Under the pieces are notes generated by a model, which saw only the letters and a program-made list of their open reading frames with translations, had not been told where the DNA came from and ran no database searches. This document shows positions 8,614 to 18,858 of a stretch of DNA of 64,000 bases, piece after piece. Each line of letters begins with the position of its first letter. Within the stretch, counting starts at the first letter, position 1. The position numbers and the translations under genes were made by a program. Where the stretch lies: assembly GCA_013139415.1 (NCBI GenBank), contig WTAT01000443.1, positions 3,087 to 67,086 on the forward strand. Reading direction: 5' to 3'. The stretch is from Desulforhopalus sp. (GTDB lineage: Bacteria; Desulfobacterota; Desulfobulbia; Desulfobulbales; Desulfocapsaceae).

Positions 8614-10206
8614 ATGAAAGTACTGGTCAGTGATAATTTATCCCAGGTAGGAGTGGACGTACTTAAAAAGGCAGGACTTGAAGTTGACGTTAATACAGGA
8701 CTTGCACCGGAAGAACTGAAAAAAATCATTGGCAATTATGACGGATTAGTTATTCGTAGCGCCACTAAAGTTACTGTGGGCCTTTTGGAGATGGCACATA
8801 ACCTCAAAGTTGTTGGCCGTGCCGGTATCGGCCTTGACAATGTCGATATTCCAGCTGCAAGTCAGAAAGGTATTGTGGTCATGAATGCCCCAGACGGTAA
8901 TGCAACCACCGCCGCAGAACACGCAATCTCCATGATGATGGCTCTCTCTCGAAATATTCCCCAGGCATGTATGTCTATGAAAGAAGGAAAATGGGAGAAA
9001 AAGAAATTTATGGGCAGGGAGATCACAGGCAAGACCTTTGGAGTTGTCGGCATTGGCCGTATTGGCGGGATTGCTGCCAGCAGGGCACAGGGTCTAAAGA
9101 TGAAAACCATTGCCTATGATCCTCATATGCCCAAAGAAATGGCCGAAAAAATAGGAGTGGAGTTGGTAAGCCTGGAAGACCTGGCTAGAAGATCTGACTA
9201 TATTTCAGTACATGTACCGCTCACACAGGAAACAAAGAATCTGGTTTCCGCAGAATTCTTTGATAACATGAAAAACGACGCCATGTTTATCGATTGCGCC
9301 AGGGGGGGAGTCTGTGATGAACAAGCCCTTTATGAGGCGTTGGTAAATAATAAAATAGCCGGGGCTGCCCTTGACGTTTTTAGCAAAGAGCCTACCAGTC
9401 TCGACAGCACCCCTCTTCTTAGTCTGGATAATTTTGTTTGTACGCCCCACCTTGGAGCCTCGACCAATGAGGCACAGGAAAGTGTGGCGCTCATCATTGC
9501 CGAGCAGGTTGCCGATTATCTTTTAAAAGGTGCGGTGACTAATGCGGTCAACGTTCCTTCGGTTAGTGATGATGTATTGGCCCAGGTGGGACCGTATCTT
9601 AAGCTTGGTGAGATGTTGGGTTGCATGCATATGCAGATAGCTAAAGGGGGAGTGGCTGAAGTCAATATTGAATACAGTGGTGAATTGGCTGAGTTGAACA
9701 CCAGCCCGATAACCGTCGCATTTCTGAAAGGACTGTTTACCCCTATCCTGAAAGATGCTGTGAATTATGTCAATGCGCCGATTATTGCAAAGGAGAGGGG
9801 GATTCGCATTATTGAGTCAAGAAGCGAACAAGCTGACGATTTTGTGAATACGCTGTCGATCAAAGTAACAACCAATGAAGCCGAAAATACTCTGGTTGGC
9901 ACTGTCTTCGGTCGCCGTGAGCCTCGTCTCGTCCGTTTGAATGACTTCAGGCTTGAAGCATTACCATCTGGTCCGATGTTGCTGGTATTTAATAACGATG
10001 TGCCTGGCGTAATTGGAGCGCTGGGAACCACCCTTGGTATTTCAGGAGTCAATATCTCCCGGATGACCGTAGGTCGAGAGGAGGCAAGTAATCAGAATAT
10101 TATCCTTCTCAGCACCGACGAGCTTGTTTCAAAAGAATTACTTGCCAAGGTCGAAGATCTCAAAAACATTACCAAAGCGCAGGTGTTGGACCTGACTTCC
10201 GTATAA
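8614..10206 (+). CDS. serA: D-3-phosphoglycerate dehydrogenase (with ASB and ACT domains)
   Basis: RAGIGLDNVD, GIGRIG, HVPL, ALDVF, TPHLGAS, C-terminal DVPGVIG ACT. Confidence 0.95.
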   Translation: MKVLVSDNLSQVGVDVLKKAGLEVDVNTGLAPEELKKIIGNYDGLVIRSATKVTVGLLEMAHNLKVVGRAGIGLDNVDIPAASQKGIVVMNAPDGNATTAAEHAISMMMALSRNIPQACMSMKEGKWEKKKFMGREITGKTFGVVGIGRIGGIAASRAQGLKMKTIAYDPHMPKEMAEKIGVELVSLEDLARRSDYISVHVPLTQETKNLVSAEFFDNMKNDAMFIDCARGGVCDEQALYEALVNNKIAGAALDVFSKEPTSLDSTPLLSLDNFVCTPHLGASTNEAQESVALIIAEQVADYLLKGAVTNAVNVPSVSDDVLAQVGPYLKLGEMLGCMHMQIAKGGVAEVNIEYSGELAELNTSPITVAFLKGLFTPILKDAVNYVNAPIIAKERGIRIIESRSEQADDFVNTLSIKVTTNEAENTLVGTVFGRREPRLVRLNDFRLEALPSGPMLLVFNNDVPGVIGALGTTLGISGVNISRMTVGREEASNQNIILLSTDELVSKELLAKVEDLKNITKAQVLDLTSV

Positions 10207-10239
10207 ATTCCTGAAAATAGATTGAAGAGGAGCAAAAAG

Positions 10240-10569
10240 ATGGCTGACAATGGGAAACAAGAAGACAGCGAGTGTGGATGCGGAGAGGGAAAAGTGCCCG
10301 ACAAGCAGGGCAAATGTGTTATGCCGGAAGTGACATTCCCTGCTTTTATCATGTCTCTGAATACCTCTGCGCTCTATCATCTTGGTGAAATATCGGACCC
10401 GGCAACGGGAAAAAGAATAGTGGATTTGGATCTCGCTAAACATGCGATTGATACCCTGATTCTGATGCAGAACAAGACTAAAGGCAATTTGACGGAAGAT
10501 GAAGCAGAGCTCTTGAAAAACATGCTCTATGATATCAAAATTCGTTTTGTAAAAGCGGTTAAGAAGTAA
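10240..10569 (+). CDS. DUF1844-like protein
   Basis: FIMSL..ALYHLGEI.DP..DLDLAKHAIDTL..KTKGNL pattern. Confidence 0.8.
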   Translation: MADNGKQEDSECGCGEGKVPDKQGKCVMPEVTFPAFIMSLNTSALYHLGEISDPATGKRIVDLDLAKHAIDTLILMQNKTKGNLTEDEAELLKNMLYDIKIRFVKAVKK

Positions 10570-10578
10570 TCTTTTTAA

Positions 10579-11544
10579 ATGGATTACAACAGTCGCAAAA
10601 TATCTCTTAAGGCACCAGCAAAAATAAATTTGTTTCTTAATGTCTTGGGCAGACGTGCAGACGGCTACCATGATCTGGAAACCTGGATGCAAAAGCTCGA
10701 CCTGTATGACAATATCGCCCTGGAACTGTATTCTGGCAGTGGAATAGAGTTCTCCTGCGACGACACATTAATTCCAACAGACGAGACTAATCTTGCGGTC
10801 AGGGCGGCAGTGGCTTTTTTCCAGGTGAGTAAAAAAAGCAAGGGATATGGAGTGAGGATAACTCTTCAAAAAAAGATACCGGTTGCGGCGGGACTTGGTG
10901 GGGGAAGCAGTGACGCGGGGGCAGTGTTGCGTGGTCTCAACTCGCTTTTTGATCAGGAGTTTTCCGAGAGTCAACTGATTGAATTGGCGCGCCCTCTGGG
11001 GGCTGATGTGCCTTTTTTCGCAATTGGATATGCTGCTGTATTTGCAACGGGCATCGGTGATGTGATGTATCCTGTTGATTCTATAGATAATTGCTCTTTT
11101 GTGTTAGTGAATCCAGATTTTTTTATTTCCACAGCATGGGTTTTTCAAAATTTAGCATTGACAAGACTATCAAAAAACTCTAAATTGTCATGCTTTCAAA
11201 AGCACAAGGCAGCTTGTTTGTCTCTTGGGGATATGCATAACGACCTTGAACAGGTCACTGTTGTAAAACATCCGGCAATAGGACAAATAAAGAAATCGCT
11301 GCTGGTAGCTGGGGCATCGCAGGTTTTGATGTCTGGTAGCGGGCCGACTGTTTTTGGGATTTTTTCAGACACTGAGAAACCATTTAGTTCTGATTTAAAG
11401 CGTATTGTTGGTGGATTACGTCAGGAATACGGAGAAAAGATATTTCTTTCAAGAGCGTGTACTGGGGCGTCGCCAAGCGGTAAGGCACCGGGTTTTGATC
11501 CCGGCATTCGTAGGTTCGATTCCTGCCGCCCCAGCCATCACTAA
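10579..11544 (+). CDS. ispE: 4-diphosphocytidyl-2-C-methyl-D-erythritol kinase; 3' end overlaps tRNA-Gln
   Basis: APAKINLFL, DGYHDL, KKIPVAAGLGGGSSDA, GADVPFF, MSGSGPTVF. Confidence 0.95.
   Translation: MDYNSRKISLKAPAKINLFLNVLGRRADGYHDLETWMQKLDLYDNIALELYSGSGIEFSCDDTLIPTDETNLAVRAAVAFFQVSKKSKGYGVRITLQKKIPVAAGLGGGSSDAGAVLRGLNSLFDQEFSESQLIELARPLGADVPFFAIGYAAVFATGIGDVMYPVDSIDNCSFVLVNPDFFISTAWVFQNLALTRLSKNSKLSCFQKHKAACLSLGDMHNDLEQVTVVKHPAIGQIKKSLLVAGASQVLMSGSGPTVFGIFSDTEKPFSSDLKRIVGGLRQEYGEKIFLSRACTGASPSGKAPGFDPGIRRFDSCRPSHH
11463..11537 (+). tRNA. tRNA-Gln (anticodon TTG)
   Basis: TGGGGCGTCGCCAAGCGGTAAGGCACCGGG-TT-TTG-AT-CCCGG ... GGTTCGATTCC ... CCCCAGCCA; 75 nt cloverleaf with encoded CCA. Confidence 0.95.
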
Positions 11545-11581
11545 AGCGTTTTTAGCCTATTCCTAGTACATCAAAAAAAAG

Positions 11582-12520
11582 ATGCGAGATTTAAAAATAT
11601 TTTCTGGTAATGCTCACCTAAGAATGGCTGAGGAGATTGCCGCTCATCTGGACATACCACTCAGTGAAGCTGAGGTTAGAAAATTCAGCGATGGCGAAAT
11701 TTTTGTCGAAATAAAAGAAAATGTTCGCGGGACGGATGTTTTTGTTGTTCAGCCGACCTGTACGCCAGTCAATGACCATTTGATGGAATTGGTGATCATG
11801 ATAGATGCTCTCAGGAGAGCTTCAGCCAGAAGGATTACCGCTGTACTTCCATATTATGGTTACGCTCGACAGGACAGAAAAAACGCTCCCCGGGTTCCGA
11901 TTACAGCAAAAGTAGTGGCTGAAATGTTGATGGCAGTGGGGGTGCGAAGGGTTCTTTGCATGGATCTGCATGCTGGCCAGATAGGAGGTTTTTTTAACAT
12001 CCCTGTAGATCATCTATATGCCGCTCCAGTAGTTCTACAATACATCCAAAAAACTTTCGACGATAACGTTATTATGGTTTCTCCTGATGCTGGTGGTGTC
12101 GAGAGGACCCGTGCGTTTGCAAAACGGCTGAATTCGGGGCTGGCAATAATTGATAAGCGCCGTGACAAACCAAATGAATGTGAAGCAATGCATGTCATTG
12201 GCGATGTAGAAGGCAAAACAGCTATTCTGATGGATGATATGGTTGATACGGCCGGTACGTTGTGTGCGGGCGCAAAAACATTGCTTGAAAACGGTGCCAA
12301 AGAAGTGCATGCGTGCTGTTCACATCCTGTCCTTTCCGGTCCCGCAATCGAGCGGCTGAATGGGTCTGAACTAAAATCACTCGTCGTTACCAATTCTATT
12401 CCGCTCCGGGGCGAGGCAGAGAATTGTGACAAGATCAAAGTTCTTTCAGTTTCAAAACTGCTTGCCAGTGCGATTAGCAGAATACATAATGAAGATTCCG
12501 TCAGCTCTCTTTTTGTGTAG
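11582..12520 (+). CDS. prs: ribose-phosphate pyrophosphokinase
   Basis: [37 protein letters not shown]. Confidence 0.97.
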   Translation: MRDLKIFSGNAHLRMAEEIAAHLDIPLSEAEVRKFSDGEIFVEIKENVRGTDVFVVQPTCTPVNDHLMELVIMIDALRRASARRITAVLPYYGYARQDRKNAPRVPITAKVVAEMLMAVGVRRVLCMDLHAGQIGGFFNIPVDHLYAAPVVLQYIQKTFDDNVIMVSPDAGGVERTRAFAKRLNSGLAIIDKRRDKPNECEAMHVIGDVEGKTAILMDDMVDTAGTLCAGAKTLLENGAKEVHACCSHPVLSGPAIERLNGSELKSLVVTNSIPLRGEAENCDKIKVLSVSKLLASAISRIHNEDSVSSLFV

Positions 12521-12624
12521 CTGATGACCGTACGTTTTAATTATTCAAAATAAATTTAAATTTATCATATTCTGCTCAGTCGTTTTAAAATCCGTTGTTG
12601 CGACTGTTTGGCAAAGGAGGAAAA

Positions 12625-13245
12625 ATGCTTCAGGTTGAAATATCCGCTTCTGTTAGAAATACTTCCGGTAAGGGACCCATGCGTCAGCTACGTATGAAAG
12701 GAATGACTCCTGCCGTGGTATATGGTGGAGGTGCAGAGGCGCAAAAACTCCAGCTTGATTCGAAGACACTTATGGCCAAGTTGCTCGAATTTTACCGCCG
12801 AAATGCTATAGTAACCTTGAAAGTTGATGGCGCATCGGAAAAGACTGTAGTGGTGGGGGAAGTACAGACGGATCCCGTTCGGGATACGCTGATCCATGTT
12901 GATTTCTGTGAAATCGACCTTCAAAAAGATCGTGCCTTTAATGTGCCGATCACTTTAAAAGGAAATGCCAAAGGCGTCGATCTTGGTGGACTAATGAATT
13001 TCATTTGCAGTGCGGTCGTTCTTGAGGGCAAACCACTTGATATCCCTGATGAGTGCATAATTGATATAACTCACATGGATATAGGAGATCAAATCAAATG
13101 TGCAGCACTCACTATTCCCGATAATATTAAAATGGTTACCGATCCAGAGACTGTGGCAATAGCTATTATGAAACCTGGTGAGAAGATTGAAGAATCAGAG
13201 GACGAAGGTGAAGTAGAAGAAGTGCAAGCGCAAGCTGCCGAATAA
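12625..13245 (+). CDS. rplY: 50S ribosomal protein L25 (Ctc/TL5 long form)
   Basis: GKGPMRQLR..PAVVYG, HVDF, acidic tail; prs-rplY-pth synteny; AAGGAGG RBS. Confidence 0.93.
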   Translation: MLQVEISASVRNTSGKGPMRQLRMKGMTPAVVYGGGAEAQKLQLDSKTLMAKLLEFYRRNAIVTLKVDGASEKTVVVGEVQTDPVRDTLIHVDFCEIDLQKDRAFNVPITLKGNAKGVDLGGLMNFICSAVVLEGKPLDIPDECIIDITHMDIGDQIKCAALTIPDNIKMVTDPETVAIAIMKPGEKIEESEDEGEVEEVQAQAAE

Positions 13246-13333
13246 GTAAGTCAGACTGGAAGATCAGAAACAGGGCCTTCTGGCAGAGCGATTGATTCTT
13301 CTGTTTGCGTCTCAATTCTGAACAGTTATAAAG

Positions 13334-13366
13334 AGGTCCGGAAAAGAAAGTTTTCCGGACCTTTTT
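13334..13366 (+). terminator. intrinsic terminator after rplY
   Basis: AGGTCCGGAAAA-GAAAG-TTTTCCGGACCT followed by TTTT. Confidence 0.7.
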
Positions 13367-13387
13367 CTATTTACTGCTACTTTATCT

Positions 13388-13981
13388 ATGGAAAAGAAAG
13401 ATTTCATTGTTGCAGGATTAGGCAATCCTGGCGATCAGTACCGTTCCACGCGCCATAATGTTGGATTTTTTATAGTGGATGAACTGGCGAGAAGGTGGCA
13501 TTCGGCTACTTTCCTCGAAAAATGGCAGGCGCAGTACGTTTCTCTGTCAGTTGATGAGCAAAAGGTCCATCTCATAAAGCCGGTAACTTTTATGAATCGC
13601 AGCGGGAAAGCCGTTGTTTATTTTTACCGTTTTTATAAGGTGAATCCTGACCAATTATTGGTAGTTCATGATGATCTTGATATGGCACCGGGGAGGATAA
13701 AACTTGTTAAGGGAGGAGGTGCTGGGGGGCATAACGGGATAAAATCCCTCGTGGAAACCCTCGGAACTAAGGAATTCTACCGCCTGAAAATAGGAATTGG
13801 AAGGCCAGGGAATGGAGTGGTTCATGCGGATTTTCCGGTGGACAAATACGTTTTAGGTAACGTCACAGAAGAAGATTTTAACATTCTGCAATCTAGATAC
13901 GATAGTATTGAAGATGGAATACGTACTTTTTTGCAAGGCAATCCCGCCAGGGCCATGAATCTTCTTAATAGTTTGAAATAA
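13388..13981 (+). CDS. pth: peptidyl-tRNA hydrolase
   Basis: GLGNPG, TRHNVGF, KPVTFMNRSG, HDDLD, GGHNG. Confidence 0.97.
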   Translation: MEKKDFIVAGLGNPGDQYRSTRHNVGFFIVDELARRWHSATFLEKWQAQYVSLSVDEQKVHLIKPVTFMNRSGKAVVYFYRFYKVNPDQLLVVHDDLDMAPGRIKLVKGGGAGGHNGIKSLVETLGTKEFYRLKIGIGRPGNGVVHADFPVDKYVLGNVTEEDFNILQSRYDSIEDGIRTFLQGNPARAMNLLNSLK

Positions 13982-14274
13982 CGATATCCTTTCTCATGTA
14001 GTCCATCGGCTTCTTCGCCAATTCTTTTGTCAATATGAAAAAGTACGGTAATTTGGTGGGAAACGTGTTATAGTATGTGCATTGAAGTCCGAATTTGGTT
14101 CTTTATAAGAACACCCGCTGCAGCAAAAATATCAAAAATGCCGGATAAAAGGAAGATACCTTCTACAATCCGCCACTTTCCTTGTATGGCAAATTACTGC
14201 GTTGTTGTCTTGTGCTATTCTTGTTCATCTTTTGCAACCTTGTGCAAGGCGTCTTGTGTTTAAAGGAGATATCT

Positions 14275-14754
14275 GTGTTTATTGAAGGTGATATGGCTGT
14301 TTATCCGGCCCACGGAGTTGGAGTTATCAAAGCTGTTGAAACAAAGACTATCGGAGGTATTGACCAATCGTTTTATATTCTGGAGATTCTGGATAACAGC
14401 ATGAGGATCATGATTCCTACCGCCAGTAGTGAGAATGTTGGCCTGCGTGCAATCGTAGGTAAAAAAGAAGTGGCAAATGTTCTCGATATTCTTGCTGACC
14501 GTTCTGTGGAACTGGGTACTCAGACGTGGAATCGCCGCTATCGTGATTATATGGAAAAGATTAAGACCGGTTCTGTTCATGAGGTGGCGATTGTGCTTCG
14601 TGATCTTTTTCTCCTCAGCGTTGACAAAGATCTAAGTTATGGTGAGAGAAAAATGCTGGATACCGCAAAAAACCTTATTGTAAAAGAGTTGTCACTGGCT
14701 CAAGACATAGAAGAAGCAAACGTCAGCAAAACTATTGAAGCTATTTTTTCCTAA
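14275..14754 (+). CDS. carD: CarD family transcriptional regulator
   Basis: GDMAVYPAHGVG, GLRAI, TWNRRYR, LSYGERKML; GTG start after AAGGAG. Confidence 0.92.
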   Translation: MFIEGDMAVYPAHGVGVIKAVETKTIGGIDQSFYILEILDNSMRIMIPTASSENVGLRAIVGKKEVANVLDILADRSVELGTQTWNRRYRDYMEKIKTGSVHEVAIVLRDLFLLSVDKDLSYGERKMLDTAKNLIVKELSLAQDIEEANVSKTIEAIFS

Positions 14755-14810
14755 CGCGTTGAACGTTTTTACGACGTTTTTCCCACCAAAGTTGTATAAG
14801 AATTAACAGT

Positions 14811-15791
14811 ATGGAATCAAAAGCAGCGGCTCCGGGCAACTCCAGAAGGTCAGACCTACCTTTTCAGGTTACGATTGATGCTGGACTGGCTGGAATGCGG
14901 CTTGACCAATTTCTTTCCCACTATCTGCCTTCAGTATCCAGAGCCCTGGTCATTTCTTCAATTCGAAAAGGATTGATCTTAGTTGATGGTGTGCACAAAA
15001 AGAGCAGCTATCGTCTCAAAATTGATGAGAGGCTGGAAGGTTCTGTTGAAAGTAAAGCAGCAATTGATGTTCTTCCAGAGAGAATTGACTTTCCTATCCT
15101 TTATGAGGATGATTCACTGTTGCTCCTTTCAAAGCCTCCGGGGCTTGTTGTGCACCCTGGAAGCGGCAATCACACTGGAACCCTTGTCAACGGTCTGCTG
15201 CATTATTGCAAGTCGATTGCTGAAGTTGGAGACTCTATTCGGCCTGGTATTGTCCACAGACTCGATAAAGACACTTCCGGTATAATGGTTATTGCCAAAA
15301 CTGAAAGTGTACATCGACTGCTGGTTGACTGTTTTAAAAATCACCGCTTACAAAAAGAGTATCTGGCCCTGTTACATGGCGTCCTCAAAGAGAAAACCGG
15401 GAGAATTGTTGCCCCCATTGGCCGTCATCCTGTTCAGCGTCAGAAAATGGCAATCAGGCAGACTGGAGGAAAACATGCCGCCAGCAACTGGGAAGTAGTG
15501 CATGAATTTGATAATGGATTTAGCTTGGTGAAAGTGTCGATTGAGACAGGCAGAACTCACCAGATTCGGGTTCACATGGCGCATCTAGGTTGTCCTGTTG
15601 TCGGTGACAAAGTATATGGAGCAGGCAAGGATAACAGTCATTTCCCAAGACAGCTCCTGCATGCGTCCAGGCTTGTTTTTCATCATCCCGTGACAGCCGT
15701 TCTTGTTGATAAAAGTGCAGTAATTTGGCCAGATTTTGGCGAGGTTTTGGAAGGGATGGGAGGGTTTGGAGCAGTGGAGGGTAGAGAGTGA
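14811..15791 (+). CDS. rluD: RluA/RluD family RNA pseudouridine synthase
   Basis: S4 domain, KPPGLVVHP, HRLDKDTSG, TGRTHQIRVH. Confidence 0.9.
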   Translation: MESKAAAPGNSRRSDLPFQVTIDAGLAGMRLDQFLSHYLPSVSRALVISSIRKGLILVDGVHKKSSYRLKIDERLEGSVESKAAIDVLPERIDFPILYEDDSLLLLSKPPGLVVHPGSGNHTGTLVNGLLHYCKSIAEVGDSIRPGIVHRLDKDTSGIMVIAKTESVHRLLVDCFKNHRLQKEYLALLHGVLKEKTGRIVAPIGRHPVQRQKMAIRQTGGKHAASNWEVVHEFDNGFSLVKVSIETGRTHQIRVHMAHLGCPVVGDKVYGAGKDNSHFPRQLLHASRLVFHHPVTAVLVDKSAVIWPDFGEVLEGMGGFGAVEGRE

Positions 15792-16393
15792 ATGTTGCGG
15801 TAACCGGTGGGCTCGGAACCGGGAAATCAACTGTAAGCAAAATTCTTGCTGCAACACTTGAAACCGAGCTTCTTGATACAGATGAGTTGTGCCGTCTGCA
15901 AATGCTGCCTGGAACCGAGGGGTTTGGAAAATTCCGTCATACTTTCGGGGAAAGATTCATACAAGACGACGGAACGATTGATCGACTGCTTTTGAAACAG
16001 GCTATTTTTGAGGATGGAGAGTTAAGGGCAAAACTTGAAAGTATTCTTCATCCTATCGTTCAGCTTCAAGTAGCTGCTCGTAGCAGAGAGTGTTCTATCC
16101 ATGGAGATATTCTGGTCGTTGAGGTTCCCTTACTCTATGAAGTTGGATGGCAAGATGCATTTGATATCTGCGTAGTTGTCTATGTACCTGAAGAACTTTG
16201 CGTTCAAAGGGTGATGACACGGGATGGGATATTAGTCGAGCAAATCAAGCAGATCTTGAATGCTCAATTCCCCATCAAAAAAAAACTTGATTATGCTCAT
16301 TTTATCGTTGATAATTCTGGTACGTTTGTAAGTACAGTGCAGCAGATTGCCTGGCTGTCCAAAAAGCTTAATCAGAAACTTAGTGGGGAGTGA
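15788..16393 (+). CDS. coaE: dephospho-CoA kinase
   Basis: TGGLGTGKS, IDRLLL, ILHP, EVPLLYE, VDNSG. Confidence 0.93.
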   Translation: MNVAVTGGLGTGKSTVSKILAATLETELLDTDELCRLQMLPGTEGFGKFRHTFGERFIQDDGTIDRLLLKQAIFEDGELRAKLESILHPIVQLQVAARSRECSIHGDILVVEVPLLYEVGWQDAFDICVVVYVPEELCVQRVMTRDGILVEQIKQILNAQFPIKKKLDYAHFIVDNSGTFVSTVQQIAWLSKKLNQKLSGE

Positions 16394-16426
16394 AAAGAGT
16401 AGGTATTCAACGATTGTCCGCCTAAA

Positions 16427-16479
16427 AAGCTTGACAGCACTGATTTAAGCTTGACAGCACTGATTTGAAAACGTATAAG
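16427..16479 (+). promoter_or_regulatory. sigma70 promoter of rho with tandemly duplicated -35 region
   Basis: AAGCTTGACAGCACTGATTT x2; second TTGACA (16451) - 17 bp - TATAAG (16474). Confidence 0.65.
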
Positions 16480-16862
16480 ACAAACGATGATTTTGAAACT
16501 CAAATCCTATCATTGCTAAATCGTTTCTTTGGATCCTGTTAAAATCAATTTGGAACAGATTGTTCCTATAATGATGTCCTGAAGATCTGCAGACTTCAAC
16601 AATGTGATTCTTCACAGATCTGGCCATCTTTCCGCTCTGCTTTTAAAATCTAAGCGACGAAAAAGATCAAAAGAATTTCTTTACAATCAGCTATAATTTC
16701 AATTGCTGTTGGCTATGCTCAGGTATTTTACCTGATGCGTAGTCATAACAGTCTGAATATAACTAACACCGGCAATATTGTACGGCTCGTCCGTAGGGTT
16801 AGAGTTACTAGTGGTATCTCCCTAATATCCTGCCAATAATCCCACAAAGGAGAAGAAGGTTA

Positions 16863-18113
16863 ATGAATCTGGCGGAACTCAAACTGATGAAAATCGGTGA
16901 ACTGGTACAGCTTGCACGTTCGTTAAAAGTAGAGGGGTACAGTTCTTTGCGTAAACAAGAACTGATTTTTGCGATCTTGAAAGCTCAGTCGGTCCAAGAC
17001 GGGAAAATGCGGGGCAGTGGCGTCCTGGAAATCCTGCCAGATGGTTTCGGTTTTCTTCGAGCCCCAGACTACAATTACCTGCCAGGTCCAGATGATATTT
17101 ATGTATCGCCATCACAAATACGCAGACTGAATCTTCGAACCGGGGATACCATTGAAGGACTTGTCAGAGCTCCAAAAGAAGGAGAAAGGTATTTCGCACT
17201 CCTTAAAGTTGACAGTGTCAATTTCGATCCACCGGATGCTGCCAAGCAGAAGACCCTGTTCGGTAACCTGACACCACTCCATCCTAACGAAGCCTTCAGC
17301 CTTGAATGGCAACCAGATAACATGTCCATGCGAATTATGGATCTGTTTGCGCCTATTGGTAAGGGGCAACGAGGACTGATTGTGGCTCCTCCCCGAACCG
17401 GTAAGACTGTGCTTATGCAGAAAATCGCCAACTCCATTGTGAGAAATCACAAGGAGGTCTATCTCATTGTTCTGTTGATTGATGAACGACCGGAGGAGGT
17501 GACTGAGATGACACGTAGTGTCAAAACTGCCGAGGTGGTCAGTTCAACTTTTGATGAACCCCCCCAGCGCCATATTCAGGTCGCTGAGATGGTAATCGAA
17601 AAAGCCAAGAGGCTTGTTGAACATAAAAAGGATGTGGTGATTCTTCTCGACAGTATAACCCGACTGGCCAGAGCGTATAACACTGTGACCCCAGCAAGTG
17701 GCAAGATACTTTCTGGTGGTGTCGAGGCCAACGCACTGCATCGGCCTAAACGCTTTTTTGGTGCAGCAAGAAACATTGAGGAAGGGGGAAGCCTGACCAT
17801 TCTGGCCACCGCGCTTATCGAAACGGGAAGCCGTATGGATGAAGTAATCTTTGAGGAATTCAAGGGAACAGGCAACATGGAGCTTATCCTTGATCGAAAG
17901 ATGGCCGATAAACGTATTTATCCGGCGATCGACCTCAAACGTTCCGGGACAAGAAAAGAAGATCTGTTGATGAAACCAGCTACCCTCAATCGTATCTGGA
18001 TTCTCAGAAAGCTTCTCAATTCAATGAATCCAGCCGACTGCATGGATTTTCTGACTGATAAACTTAAACATCAGAAAAGTAACGCTGACTTTCTGGATTC
18101 GATGAATGCATGA
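16863..18113 (+). CDS. rho: transcription termination factor Rho
   Basis: [42 protein letters not shown]. Confidence 0.98.
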   Translation: MNLAELKLMKIGELVQLARSLKVEGYSSLRKQELIFAILKAQSVQDGKMRGSGVLEILPDGFGFLRAPDYNYLPGPDDIYVSPSQIRRLNLRTGDTIEGLVRAPKEGERYFALLKVDSVNFDPPDAAKQKTLFGNLTPLHPNEAFSLEWQPDNMSMRIMDLFAPIGKGQRGLIVAPPRTGKTVLMQKIANSIVRNHKEVYLIVLLIDERPEEVTEMTRSVKTAEVVSSTFDEPPQRHIQVAEMVIEKAKRLVEHKKDVVILLDSITRLARAYNTVTPASGKILSGGVEANALHRPKRFFGAARNIEEGGSLTILATALIETGSRMDEVIFEEFKGTGNMELILDRKMADKRIYPAIDLKRSGTRKEDLLMKPATLNRIWILRKLLNSMNPADCMDFLTDKLKHQKSNADFLDSMNA

Positions 18114-18262
18114 TTTTTTGTTTGGGTATTAACATTACCCTACCAATTTTTGTTGAAAAAAACCGTTGTTTGGTTATTATGTCTCACTTGCGTCCTGATA
18201 AAATTGTCACAACTATATAAAATGATCGTCGCCTATACTGGCGAGTTGGAGGAATAATAGCT

Positions 18263-18490
18263 ATGAAAGAAGGAATACATCCAGAATATCATAAAATTTC
18301 TGCAGTTTGTGCCTGTGGTAATACTGTAGAGATGGGATCTGTAATGGAGGAGATGAAAGTGGAGATTTGTTCCGCCTGTCATCCATTTTTTACTGGTAAG
18401 CAGAAGCTCATCGATTCCGCAGGTCGTATTGAGAAGTACAAGCAGCGTTATGCAAAGCATTTTGCTGCTCAAGATAAGGGTAAGGCTTAA
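18263..18490 (+). CDS. rpmE: 50S ribosomal protein L31 (Zn-binding type)
   Basis: [24 protein letters not shown]. Confidence 0.96.
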   Translation: MKEGIHPEYHKISAVCACGNTVEMGSVMEEMKVEICSACHPFFTGKQKLIDSAGRIEKYKQRYAKHFAAQDKGKA

Positions 18491-18591
18491 TTTTTATACT
18501 TTTCTTTGTTGGATTTCTTTTCCGACATCAGAGATGTTCTAACCCCGCTGAAAAGAGCGGGATAAATTTCTTAACGAAATGATTTTCTGCA

Positions 18592-18649
18592 CTTTTTTCA
18601 GTACCCCCTCAAGGGGTGAAAATAAGAAAAATAATTTCTAAGTCACTAA
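18592..18649. repeat. partial family A-related repeat with 27-bp module
   Basis: CTTTTTTCAGTACCCCCTCAAGGGGTG ... AAGAAAAATAATTTCTAAGTCACTAA; similar to 56993-57076. Confidence 0.65.
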
Positions 18650-18665
18650 ACTGTCCACAACGATG

Positions 18666-18812
18666 CTAGGAGCTTGTCCGAGAATAGACATTTTGTTCAA
18701 AATCGAGAAATTTTAAAAAAATAAGCACAGCCATATGTATGATATTGCGAGCATTATTTTTTGGGAATTCCGAAGAGTTTGGACAAAAGGGCATTCTCGG
18801 ACAGCCTCCTAG
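18666..18812. mobile_element. MITE family C
   Basis: CTAG-GAGCTTGTCCGAGAAT ... ATTCTCGGACAGCCTC-CTAG; TIRs flanked by duplicated CTAG. Confidence 0.75.
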
Positions 18813-18858
18813 ACATGGTTGTGGACTTTTTTCATTCCTCTCCTGCTGGTTGAATGCT

